Shown here one piece after another: positions 24,063-34,899 of a stretch of DNA of 64,000 nucleotides (its first letter is position 1; the number at the start of each line of letters is the position of its first letter). The notes under the pieces were generated by a model that did no database searches, was not told the DNA's origin, and saw only the letters and a list, made by a program, of their open reading frames with translations. The position numbers and the translations under genes were made by a program. The stretch is from Camelus dromedarius (taxonomy: Eukaryota), in contig NC_087437.1 in NCBI RefSeq assembly GCF_036321535.1, forward strand, positions 121,584,001 to 121,648,000. Direction: 5' to 3'.

Positions 24063-24588
24063 CTGCAAGACAAGACCGAGCACCCCGTTACTCACTTCCT
24101 TTTTCCGCAGGAAGAAGTGAAGTCTAGACGCCTGGCCTGATCCTGAAAGACTCAGCTATCTCTCCCGGCCACAGTCACAGGCGGGGACAGTGCGAACATT
24201 TTTAAAGAAACCAAACATCTCACGTGACCTGAAGGGACCAGTAGTATAGGACAGAGCGTGCGCAGCCAGGGAGGAGCCTGGAGGAAGCGATGCCTCACGC
24301 TCGGGGCCAGAGCTCTGACAGGACTGTCCGTCCAGCAGCCGTGTCCTGAGACGCCCCGGGGTCACTAAGGACTGGAGAGCCCAACCACTCCAGTCCCTGA
24401 GCGACAGGCAGGTCTCCCGATGGCAGCTCACCTGGGGAGACGCCGCCACCATGACCACGTTCAAGTGCACTGAACAGTGTGGGGAAGGTGCATGTGCCCG
24501 GCAGGCATGTGTGACACAGCCCGAGCCCTGGACGAGCGCATGTGGACGGCGGGGGCAGAGGAGGGGTGGGGGAGGGACCCGGCCACAC

Positions 24589-24733
24589 CTGTAGTACTCG
24601 TGCTTGTCCTGCGAGTAGAGCGGCGGCTCGAGGCAGGGCCGGCTGTCCACCTTCTCCTCCCAGGCCCCCTCCTTCCAGCCCTCTGCATAGCCCTGCAGAA
24701 CGTAGACCTGGTCGATGAAGGGCCCGCCGGACT
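24589..24733 (-). CDS. POFUT2: POFUT2 coding exon 3 (145 nt; [48 protein letters not shown])
   Basis: Acceptor TTGCAG|AG and donor AG|GTGTGG. Phase 1 in, phase 2 out, in frame with neighbouring exons. Confidence 0.97.
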
Positions 24734-26089
24734 CTGCAAGAGACAGGGACCCAGGGTAAGAGCCGCCAGCACAGAGCGGAAGACACAGAGCTACCACTTC
24801 ACTTAATGCCACCGTCCACCCGGGAAGACTAGAGACAGCTCACAGGAGCAGAGGGAGGACGAATGAGCAGCCTTGGGACACGGGGGCGGGGGTGTGTGTG
24901 GCCCAGGCCTCGGCAGCTCCCTCGGACCCCTCCCCTCGTCCCTCCCTCTGCTGCAGGCAGGACCAGTCCCCATGACAGTGCAGGCTGTCTCCCCGGGGCC
25001 CCTCCTCCAGCTGCCAGGACTCCAGTGGTGCCAGAGCCCATCCCGGGCTCTCCCTGGGCCTCTGAACAGCTGTCCCCTCCCGGACTGTCCCCTGGGGCTG
25101 GCTCTTAACCCGTGAGGCTGTTCACACTGCACCTCCCAGGGTGCCATCCCTGCATGGCCACTCCTACACCCCGTCCCCGTCTGCCTTCCTGTCCCCTGCG
25201 GCCCCGGCTGCCCCAAACAACGCGTGTTCCCACCACGTATTTACACGCTGCCACCCCAACGTGAGCTCCAAGCGAGTGGCCTGTGCCCGTCACCCACTGC
25301 TCCCACCCCCACCTAAACATGCTGGCCACGTCCCAGGGTCAGTGAAGACGTGTTCAGAGAGGGAGCGATGGAGCCACACGAGCGAAACTCCAGTGTCCCC
25401 CAGACATGCTCTGCTCGGGCACTGAGACCTGCCCTGCTGGGCTGATGCCCGAGCTCAGGAGCTCCTCCTACTGTGACAGGGATGGGATGCGGAGGCCAAG
25501 CCCCCAGGGGGCCCTGCAGCTCCCACCCAGGCCTGTCCCCCTTGCAGGGAGGAGGCCTCTGAACTGGGTCCAGGCCACGCACTCCCGGCAGCTCTGGCTC
25601 CAGGGGTGCGGCTGGCATAGCGGAGGGAGGACACCTGTCTCCAGTGCCCAGTCACTAAGCACTGTCCCGGGGCTATTTCTTGGGGAACTGTGAGCCCGGG
25701 TGCAGACCAAGGCTGAGACTGCCGCCCAGGCCAAGTCAGGTTGGACCAGACACCCGGCCACCTGTTCTCTCAGGTGGGGAAGGATGATCCCAAAAAGGCG
25801 TTTCCCCAGCCTCAGGGGCTGCTTTCTCAGCAGGAGTGCAGACACGTGAAGATGGTCCCCTGTCATTCCACGCCTGCAGCGCCCACAGTGCCGACCTAAA
25901 CACGGGACACGTTCAGAGTGACAGGGTATGAGCTGCAGCGAGAACAGAACCCAACAAAGAGGATTCAGCCCGCCAGGCCTCGCATAGGAGAATTCAATGA
26001 ATGTTGCTCAGGAACTGGGACTCGTTCTTCCAAGCCGCTCCAGGGAAGCGGAAAGGAGGCAGCACTAACTTTTTAAGTTTATGTCCACA

Positions 26090-27675
26090 AAACAAAGTGA
26101 GAGAAAGAAGAATGGAGCAGGGGAGCCTCACTCCCTGACTTGAGAGTACACTACAGAGCTACAGCCATCAAAACAGTGTGGAGCTGGCACAAAACAGACA
26201 CACACATCAGTGGAACAGGATAGAACCCAGAAATAAACCCACACACTTACGGCCAATTAATCTACCACAAAGAAGGCGAGAATATACAACGGAGAAAAGA
26301 CAGTCTCTTCAATAAATAGCGCCGGGAAAACTGGACAGCTACCCATAAAAGGACGTCATGAGAACACTCTCTAACACCACACACACACACACACACACAC
26401 ACACAAAGTCAGAGTGGGTTAAAGACCTGAATGTAGGACCTGACGCTCTGAAACTGCCAGAGGAAAACGGAGGCAGAACACTCTCGGACATAAAACACAG
26501 CAGTATTTTTTTGTATCCGTCTCATATGGTAACAGAAACAAATGCAAAAATAAATGAATGAGACCTAATTGAACTTAAAAGCTTTTGCACACCAAAGGAA
26601 ATCATAAACAAAATGAAAAGACAACCTAAAGAGTGAGATAATATTTATAAACAATGTGACTGACAAGGGATTAACTTTCAAAACACACAAATAGCACATA
26701 CAGCTCAGTGTCAAAAACATTTAAAAACCCAATTGAAAACGGGCACGAGATCGAAACAGACGTGTCTCCAAAGAAGACGTCCCGACGGCCACCAGGCCCA
26801 GGAAAAGACGGTCCATACCGCCAATCATCAGAGAAATGCAAATCCAACCACAATGAGCTGTCACCTCACGCCAGTCAGAACGGCCGTCATCAAAAAGTCT
26901 ACACGTAACAAATGCTGGAGAGGCTGTGGAGAACAGGGAGCCTCCTACACTGCTATTGGGAATGTAAGCTGGTGCAGCCACTATGGAAAACGGTATGGAG
27001 ATTCCTTAAAAAACTGAACACAGACCTGCCATATGCCCCCGCAATCCCACTCCCGGGCAGATATCCAAAGAGAACTCTAACTCTAAAAGACACACACTCC
27101 CCAGTGTTCACAGCAGCACTATTTACCATAGCCAAGACATACAAGCAACCGAAATGTTCATCGACAGACGACTGGATAAAGAAGATGTGGTATCATATAT
27201 ACAGACAAAATAAATGTTAAAACAGAATATTCCTCAGTCACAAAAAAGAACGAAATAATGCCATTTATAGCAACATGGATGGACTTAGAGATTATCATGC
27301 TAAGAGACGTGAGTCAGACAGAGAAAGACAAGTATCATTTATCACCCGTATGTGGAATTTTTTTTAAAACGATACAAATGAACTTATTTACAAAACAAAA
27401 ACAGACTCACAGACTTAGAAAACAAACTTATGGTTACCAAAGGGAAAGAAAAGGGGGATAAATTAGGAGTTTGGGATTAACAGATACAAACTACTATACA
27501 TAAAACAGACAAACAACAAGGATTCACTGTGTAACACGGAAAAATATTCAGTATCTTGCAACCTACAATGGAAAAGAATCTGGAAAAGAATAGACTGTAT
27601 GTGTACAACTGAATCACTGCTGTACACCTGAAACTAACACAACATTGTAAATCAGCCACACTTCAATAAAAAAAA
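26090..27675 (+). mobile_element. 5'-truncated L1 (ORF2 C-terminus, 3' UTR, A tail) in POFUT2 intron 2, antisense to the gene
   Basis: Translations [25 protein letters not shown] and [15 protein letters not shown] match the L1 ORF2 C-terminal domain. Frameshifted. Ends CTTCAATAAAAAAAA. Confidence 0.95.
26378..26405. repeat. (CA)n microsatellite inside the L1
   Basis: About 14 uninterrupted CA units. Confidence 0.95.
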
Positions 27676-28131
27676 CAGTAATAAGCTCTGAATAACCTTA
27701 TTCAAAGAAAATCTTCAACTCTTCCCTCTTACAAACGCTAACATGGGAAGTCTGAGCAGGACCAAATTAAACTGGACGCGCGGTCACACATCTAGGCCAG
27801 CATGGGGCCCACACCACACGTGGCCGTGTTCTCCTTCAAGTGAGAGCGGCCCTGGCTGCACAGGGAGCGAGTCCTGCTGGGACAAGGCCTCTGTGGCAGT
27901 GGCCTCCTCGTCACCGCGCCAACCCACCCAGAGGCCAGGGTCTCCAGAGGCTAGGGGACGCAGAGCTCGCACACTTCAGGTCTGCTGCCCGAGAAAAAGC
28001 ACGGAAAGACCAAGATCGCTGGTCGCGCGGGGAGCACGAGCGCGGCCCCACGCAGAGCAAAGGCTGAGGCAGCAGGCCGGGGGCAAGGCAGCCCGAGGCT
28101 CACACCACAACCAGAACGCCCACCGCCTCAC

Positions 28132-28382
28132 CTGCCATGAACTGCTCGTGCTCAATGACGGGGATGTTTCTGTTGAGACTTGGAAGATCAAAAAAGTCGG
28201 ACCAGGGAATCCGGACCTGGTGGATGTCGGGGCTCTGCCAGTGGTAGAGGCGGCCCCAGGGGGGCAGCACCAGCACCCAGTCCTCCGTCTTCAGCAGCGT
28301 CTTCAGGAGGGAGGCGATGCGGATGTAGACGTCCCTGCGGAGGTTGAAGCCCTCCGGGGGGTTGACATCGTACAGAAGGTAC
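28132..28382 (-). CDS. POFUT2: POFUT2 coding exon 2 (251 nt; [27 protein letters not shown]...[11 protein letters not shown])
   Basis: Acceptor CCAG|G and donor G|GTGAG. The NPPEGFNL motif places the catalytic base Glu at residue 54 by my count. Confidence 0.98.
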
Positions 28383-28629
28383 CTGGCAGGGAGCACAAGA
28401 GAGCAGTCCTTCAGGGCAAGGCCTCTGCACGGAAACCCAGCTCCCACACCCACAGTCCGTGTCCCAGACTCCAGGCATGTTCAGCAGCTTCTGGTTCCTG
28501 AAGTGGAGGCACTGCCTACCCATCTCCACGTGGCCCATTACTTAAAGAGCCTGGGAGCAGATGCAGAAGACATCTTGGCATCCGTTTAACACCAGCTAGC
28601 ACCTGACTAGCACCTGAGCATCCGTCCTC

Positions 28630-29103
28630 CAGGGGCTCTCAAAATTCCTGGTCTACATACCCCTGTGCACTCTTAACAATTATTGAGGACCCCAAAAGGC
28701 TGCTGTTCATGTGGGTTAAACCTACCAACAGTTCCTGTGTTAGAAGTTAAAGTAAGAACTTCAAAATATATTTATAGGTTCACTTAAAAATAACAGTAAT
28801 AACCTATTACATTTTGTCATTAACACTCCTAAACAAAAAATATTTTTCAAAACAAAAATCATTAGTGAGAAGAGTAGCAGTGATTGTAATTTTTGCAAAT
28901 CTCTTTTTGAACTGGTGAGAGCTGGATTCTCCTGTCTGCCTCTGCATTCTGTGTTCTGTGATATCACATGCCAGGTGGTCTCTGGAAAACCCCACAGGAA
29001 ACTCGGGACAGTGGGAGAGTGCAAATGGCAGGTGACATCCCAGCGTTTCTACAAACATGGTCTGGCACCGCAGGGGCCCTGGGACACACTTTGAGAACTG
29101 CTG
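28630..29103. mobile_element. Non-autonomous hAT-Charlie (Charlie1-like) DNA transposon in POFUT2 intron 1
   Basis: Imperfect terminal inverted repeats CAGGGGCTCTCAAA (28630) and TTTGAGAACTGCTG (ending 29103). Internal TTTTTGCAAATCTCT..GCTGGATTCTC..TCTGCATTC motif. Confidence 0.75.
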
Positions 29104-29509
29104 CCCTGTCCTAGGCGAGACTCCCCTACACAAGAGCCAGGCAAGGGTCCGGGCTTCTGTCATGAGTTACCGCCGCCACACCCCTCCCTTCCCTGTGTTA
29201 GTTTTTCCCACCACCTCCTTCCTGCAGATGAGGATGGAATCCTCAGCTGGGGCCTCTAATCCCAGAAGACCGCCAACCCTGAGAGGAAGGGGCTCATCTA
29301 CCATCCCTACACCCCGCACAGTCTGTTCTGGGTCAAGCCCTCAAGAACCGCTGAACGGCAATCACTCTTGTTTCTTATTCCTGAGCTTTACCGAAGGAAC
29401 CAACATCTGAATGGAACTGAAATTCCCTGCAGATAAACAAGGCTGATAAACCACCCCATTCCAACATCTGATTCTGGGGCTCTTCCAACCCCGGGCAAGG
29501 CCCCACTTC

Positions 29510-30480
29510 TCTAAGAGGGGCCCCCGCCTGCCCTTCCCGGGGGGGGCTCTGGGAGGCCGACTCGCGCCCCGGGCCCCAGCGCCCCAGGCGGAGGGGACCC
29601 CGAGGCCCTGCCCCAGCCCCGCACCCCCGCCCTCCGCCCCGCGGCCCCCAACCGGCGCCCCGGCTCCAAAGCCCAGCCCCGGCCCCCACCCCCAACCCGG
29701 TCCCTGCCCACCGGCCCCGCCGACAGCACGGACGCGCGTCTACCGTCTGCGGGACGCCGCTCCCGACAGGATGTCGGCCGCCGACTGGCCGGGCCAGAAC
29801 TCCTCGCCCGAGGCCGAGGCCGGCGGCCAGGTCGCCGTCCCGAGCAGCAGGCAGACGACGGCGAGCGCCGCCATGGCCCCGGGCGGCCACGCACTTCCGG
29901 AGGCCGCGCTCCGCCCCGGAAGTGTACGCCGGCCCCCGAGGAACGCGTAGCCTGTAGCCACGGCAATGCCGCGGGGCCCTCCCCTAGCGCTTGCGTCGTG
30001 CGTCCTCTCGAGGCTGGGTGTCGGAGGGCAGAACAGGCGGAGCAGCTGTGGGCTGGGGCGGGGCCAGGACGGGGGCGGGGCTGATGGGAGCAGCTAGGCG
30101 GGGCCGGGGGCTGTGGGCGTGGCCGGCGGCTGTGGGCGGGGCCGGGGTGGGTTGGGCTGCGTGGGCGTCTTCACCTGCAGGTTGCGCCCGCAGGAGGCTG
30201 GGGCGGGGCTGCCGCCGGTGGGCGGGGCAGCGGGGCTGGGGGCGTGGCCACGCGTCCAGGGGCGCGGGCACTCTCACCTGCCTGGCGCGCGGGGCTCGGC
30301 ATGGGCTCTCCGGCCTCCGCTTGCACGGGACGTGGACCGGGGCTGCGGGTGGGCAAGCTAGAGGACTGACCCCAAGCCCGCACTACTGGCCAGGTAGGGC
30401 ACCTGAACTGCAGATCCGCCAAGCTCGCTGCAGGCCTTGAATTCGCGTTGCCGGGCAGTTTCCGAGAAGACAGGGTCTCT
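29510..30480. promoter_or_regulatory. CpG island / TATA-less POFUT2 promoter with paired ETS (CCGGAAGTG) sites and GC boxes
   Basis: Very high GC and CpG density spanning exon 1. CACTTCCGG at 29892-29900 and CCGGAAGTG at 29916-29924. Several GGGGCGGGG boxes between about 30055 and 30230. Confidence 0.88.
29744..29874 (-). CDS. POFUT2: POFUT2 coding exon 1 (131 nt; signal peptide [43 protein letters not shown])
   Basis: ATG in GCCATGG Kozak context at 29874-29872. Hydrophobic N-terminus followed by [14 protein letters not shown], recognised as the POFUT2 N-terminus. Donor CG|GTAGAC, phase 2. Confidence 0.96.
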
Positions 30481-31861
30481 CCCAAGAGGGGAGGTAGGGC
30501 AGGAGGCGGTCAGGACGGGGGAGCCAGATGCTGGGTTGGGTGCGGTCTCACTGGAGAGCCACGGTGAGAGGGCGCAGAGCAGCCTCTGTGTTGACGGGGC
30601 TAGGAATTTGGGGTATAGGGTGGGGATGGTGTGTGCCATGCTCTGTGGTCTCAAGAACCCTCACCCCAGAGCAAGGGGCCCTGCTCCCCCGCCCTTCACT
30701 GCACCCCCTTCCTTCCCCAGCACCACCGCCCCTGACCCTGAAGTGCCCCATGACCTCTCCCCATACTGGGCACTGTCTCTGTTAGAGGTACTGAGCTCCT
30801 GGTGGCTCCAGCCCGAGGGTGGGGGTTGTATCTGACCAGTTAGGACGACTGGAGCCTTTGTAGTTCCTGGTATGAAATCTCAGTCCATAATGCAGGGGTG
30901 CACAGAGGCCCTGCAGACAGGGTTCCCTGCACGGCCCTCCCCGCCACACACCCACAGCGCCACTGCCACGCTGGGCCCCTGCCTGGCTGAGGACCGCTGG
31001 CCCCTCTCCTCCTGTCCCTGCCCAGGAGCGCACCGCCCACACTGCTGGGCATTAGGCCGCCCTAGAAGAGCAGCTGGCGTTTTCACAGGCAAATACTTGC
31101 TCTTCCGGGAAGATGTGAGTGCACAGGGATGCAGGGTGTGCTTTTCTGTCGCCCTGGAACCGGTGACTGGGACGCAAGCTGCGGCCAAGGCAGTTTTTAG
31201 AGACAGCCCAAAACGTCCCACAACCACAGATCCCTCTTCCCCAGCAAGACAACACAGCCTGGGTGGGGAGCCTTGCGCCTCTTCCTGGAGGTTGGGGGTT
31301 ACACACTTCAGCTGGGACAGAGCCCGAAACAGCCCCGAATGTGCTGGGAGTCACTTCTCAGAAGACCCGTTGTCTCCACTGCAGGTCCGGCTCCAGAGCC
31401 CAGGGCCAGCATGGTGACTCTGCTCCTGCTGTCCATTCTGGGAGGTCTCGGTGTCCTCCGTGGCCCTTCCAAAATTGTTTTTTTTTTTTTTGGAAACACC
31501 CCCCAGATGAAAGGCTGGGTGCCAACGGCCACTGCCCAGTGTGCTACTGCAGGGAGTGGCACCTGCTCTCCTGCTCTGATCGCCCCTCCCCTCCCCCACC
31601 CCCTCCCCGCTCCTCCCGCATTTCCTGGTTGATCGCTGGATTATGGTTCTTGCCGGGAGTGACCTGGGAGAGGTTTTGTTAGTCTTTAAGGAAAGAAAGA
31701 AATCTTTATACAAGTAACTGAAATTAACTTCCTTCTTTCCAGGCAAGTTCCTCTTTCCAATGTTTAAGATTCGTTGACCAGGTGTCAAGTTGCCAAACAA
31801 CTCACATCTGAGCAAGCACTGCCTCGCCCTGGCCTCCCCGCGGCATCCACCTGTGATGACT

Positions 31862-31878
31862 TGGCCACCAGAGGGCAA
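31862..31878 (+). promoter_or_regulatory. Candidate CTCF site
   Basis: TGGCCACCAGAGGGCAA is a close match to the CTCF core CCASYAGRKGGCR. Confidence 0.5.
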
Positions 31879-34800
31879 GAGAGCTCTTTCCCCACGCCAG
31901 CGCCAGCGCGGCCTCGAGGCCGTGGAGGCAGAGAGAAAGGGCCCCGCCCTGAGGCTCCAGGAGCCTCCAGGAGCCTCCAGACACAGCCAGAGAACTGGGG
32001 GTTTTCAGCTTGCCCAGCAGGGAATCCAGGCAAGGCCGCCTGGCCCAAGTCTTCCCTGCCCAGAGAGCCCCAAGAGCTGCTCTGGGCTCCACTGCCCAGT
32101 CCAGCTTCCTGCAAAGAGGAGCCACAGGATCCACACCCCAGAAGGGAGGAGGACGGCCCTTTGGCCTGGCGTCCCGGCAGGGGTGTCTGTGAGACCTGGG
32201 GCCACATCTCTTCCTTGTCTCCCCAGGTCTCTGAAGGGCCAGTGCTGGGCATCCTGGTTGGCAGGGACATGGGGACAACTCTAAACTCTGAAGAGAGACA
32301 GAGAGATTCTTCTGGAAGGAAGGATTCCAGGGCGAGGCCCTTCCCAGACCTGGGGAACCATGTCCTGAGCAGACCCCTGGGAGGAGGCGTGGGGCTGTGG
32401 CGTCCTCTTCAGAGAAGGGCACAGATGGGCTTCCCGGGGTGGGGGCACCCTGCTTTGTCCAGTGGTGTCCACCTCCCAGCCCACCTGGGGGTGGCCCTAG
32501 GGGTGGGGGCAGAGGAGGGGAGGGAAGGGGCAGCCTTAGGGCCCCCTGGCCCCACACAGGGCGCCAAGGGTCAGTGGGAACATCTCGGAGGTCAGGCGCA
32601 GGGGAGGAGGACTGGTCTGAGAACATGCCAAATCGTGCAATAAAGTGGCCCCTGACCACGAGACATGGGTGGCCATCTACCCAAGGAGGGAGGCAGAACA
32701 TTTAGACCCAGGCTCTGAGAAACCTGAGAGGGGCTGGAGAGTCCCCAGGACCCCTGAGGAGCAGCTCTCCTGGGGGCATAGACACCCCAATATACACATT
32801 TCTCATGGATGCTTTTTGGGGTACAGAGTGAGTTACCAGGATCCTGGACTTAGTATGGAATCCCACCCCCTTGTTCACCACAGTTCCTGGCAGTAAAGTC
32901 CTGCCATTTGTCCTTGGACATGCACAGGGGAGCTGACTGCTGTGGGGGGGTCACTGCAGGGCAGGAGCCTTCTGGTGTGGGCTCTGTGACCACAGAAACC
33001 CAGGGGAATTTCTTAACAGGAGCACCTGGGGACCGCCTGCCAGGACTGTCCTCGTGGGATGGCCAAGGAGCCCATGGGGCCCAGGTCACCAAGTGACCAA
33101 GTTGTGAGGCTGCCTGGGGTTTCCTGGGGGAGTGCAGGTTCCTGTGATCAGCACATGGGCCCAGCACTGCCAGACGATCTGCCCGAAGAAAAGCCTGCCC
33201 TCCTGATGACGGCTTATAACACCTGCAGGGAGACTGCTCCCAGGGGTCCTGGAGGTCCACCCTGAGAGCGTGGCGAGGCACTGTCCTGCTGGCCACGTGG
33301 GGTTACCTCCCCCTGATGCAGAGGCAGACCTCTCTTCCTTGGGACCTGGTGGGCACCTGACTCTGGTCCCACCTGCCTGCTCTGGACACGCAGAGCCCTG
33401 GGGCTCAGGCATAGCATGGGGTGCGGTCGTGTGGGGGCAAGGAAGGCCCAGGGAGGGGGCTCATTCAGGTGCAGGGGCCACTCTGCAGGGATACTGGACC
33501 TGGTGGTGATGCAGTGCTTCAGAACTCCACGGAGCCAGGTTCCCAGCCCGGGGCAGAGAAGGGCCTCTCCTCCTTGGGGTGCAGGGTGGGGCTAGACTCA
33601 GCGTGGAAGTCAGCCCCTAAAACGGAGGCTGCGCTACGTCTGTTCCTGGAAAGAAAAATCAGGCCCCTCCAGCCCAGGTGACTCAGAAAGGCATTCAGCA
33701 GTGTTTAGGGTCCCCAGGTTAGGCTCTGAATTAGAAGTGAGTGGCTCAGGAGGCCGGCTCCCCATCCGTGGCTCCAGGAGTGGGCTTTCTGCTGGGGGGC
33801 AGGATCCTGGCAAACACCTGTATCTTTGTGGGAGGCTCCCCTCTGGCCCAGCTGGGAGGCAGGGTGCAGTTGTGGGAAATCGTGTTTCTGTGAGCAGAGA
33901 GCCACCAGGTTGTGGGGGCACAGGGTTCAGTGAGAATGATTCCCGCAGCCTTTCTGGGATCAAAACACCAGCAAATGTCAAAAAGTGCGTAATTTGTTTT
34001 ATCAAACGGGCTGCTTATTTATGTTTCGAGGGCGGGTTCAAGGACTCGTCCACATCCCTCCAGGACGATCGCGTCAACGGAAGAACAGAGGGTTCATCCC
34101 AGAATGAGGCCGACTTGCAAGGAGACCCCGCCCACTGAGCACTGCGTAACAGCTCCACGTGGCCCTGCCCTGTGTGGCCTGGGCCCTGGGTCTGGCCGCA
34201 TCTCGTTTTCTTCCAGCTGAGTTCCAGAAACTCAGAGGGTGGAATTAGGGGAGTCGTGTTTGGAACCCAGTGAGGAAGTGAGGGTCCTTTATCCAGAGTC
34301 CCATCAGCCTAATCACTGTAGCTGAGGCCCGACACCCCCCAGACCCCCAGGGCGGCCGTGGAGGGGGAGCAAGCCTGGCAGGGGGCTCGGGGGTCCCACT
34401 GCTGGGCCCCTCCCTTGTCTCTGTTCCCTTTTCACCCCAGGAGGTGTGGATGTCTCCTGTCGCGGTGACCACCCCCGTGTCCCCCCCCCAGCAATCTCCC
34501 TTCTCCGTCAGGTGGGGTCCCCACCCGTACTCAGCCCCCTCTCTGCATGGATGCTGGAGGACTAGGCTCACCTGAAGTTCTGAGCTTGAGCAGTACCGTG
34601 GAGACAAAGAAACAAATGGAAACAAAGAAACAAACAACCGTGGCTCAGCTCCCCCGGTGGAGAAGCTGCCCTGAGCGGAAGGGAGGGCGTGGGCACCAGC
34701 GCTGTGCCTTGCTGGGGTTTAATAGTTTCTTTTTCAGATTCAAGACAATTGTCACATTGTCATTTTCTGGAAAAGGTACCCTTCTTTCACTGACAAGATA

Positions 34801-34899
34801 TGCCACCTTCCTTCATGAACTAAATTCCCACAAACATAATCTTTCCATCCTGAAGTACGTGTCAATTTCTGCACAGTGTTCTGTACAGTGTTGTGTACA

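Noticed and set aside
26912..27461. ORFs resembling a reverse-transcriptase protein C-terminus (also 38110-38493)
   Set aside because: Frameshifted, 5'-truncated L1 ORF2 remnants, neither active elements nor host genes.
28596..28617. Direct repeat CTAGCACCTGA x2 beside the Charlie element
   Set aside because: Both copies lie on the same side of the element, so it is a local slippage duplication rather than a target-site duplication.
29875..29961. In-frame N-terminal extension of POFUT2 in the ORF track
   Set aside because: It starts at a non-ATG codon and runs through the promoter ETS sites. The ATG at 29874 has a strong Kozak context and gives the expected signal peptide and 429-aa length.
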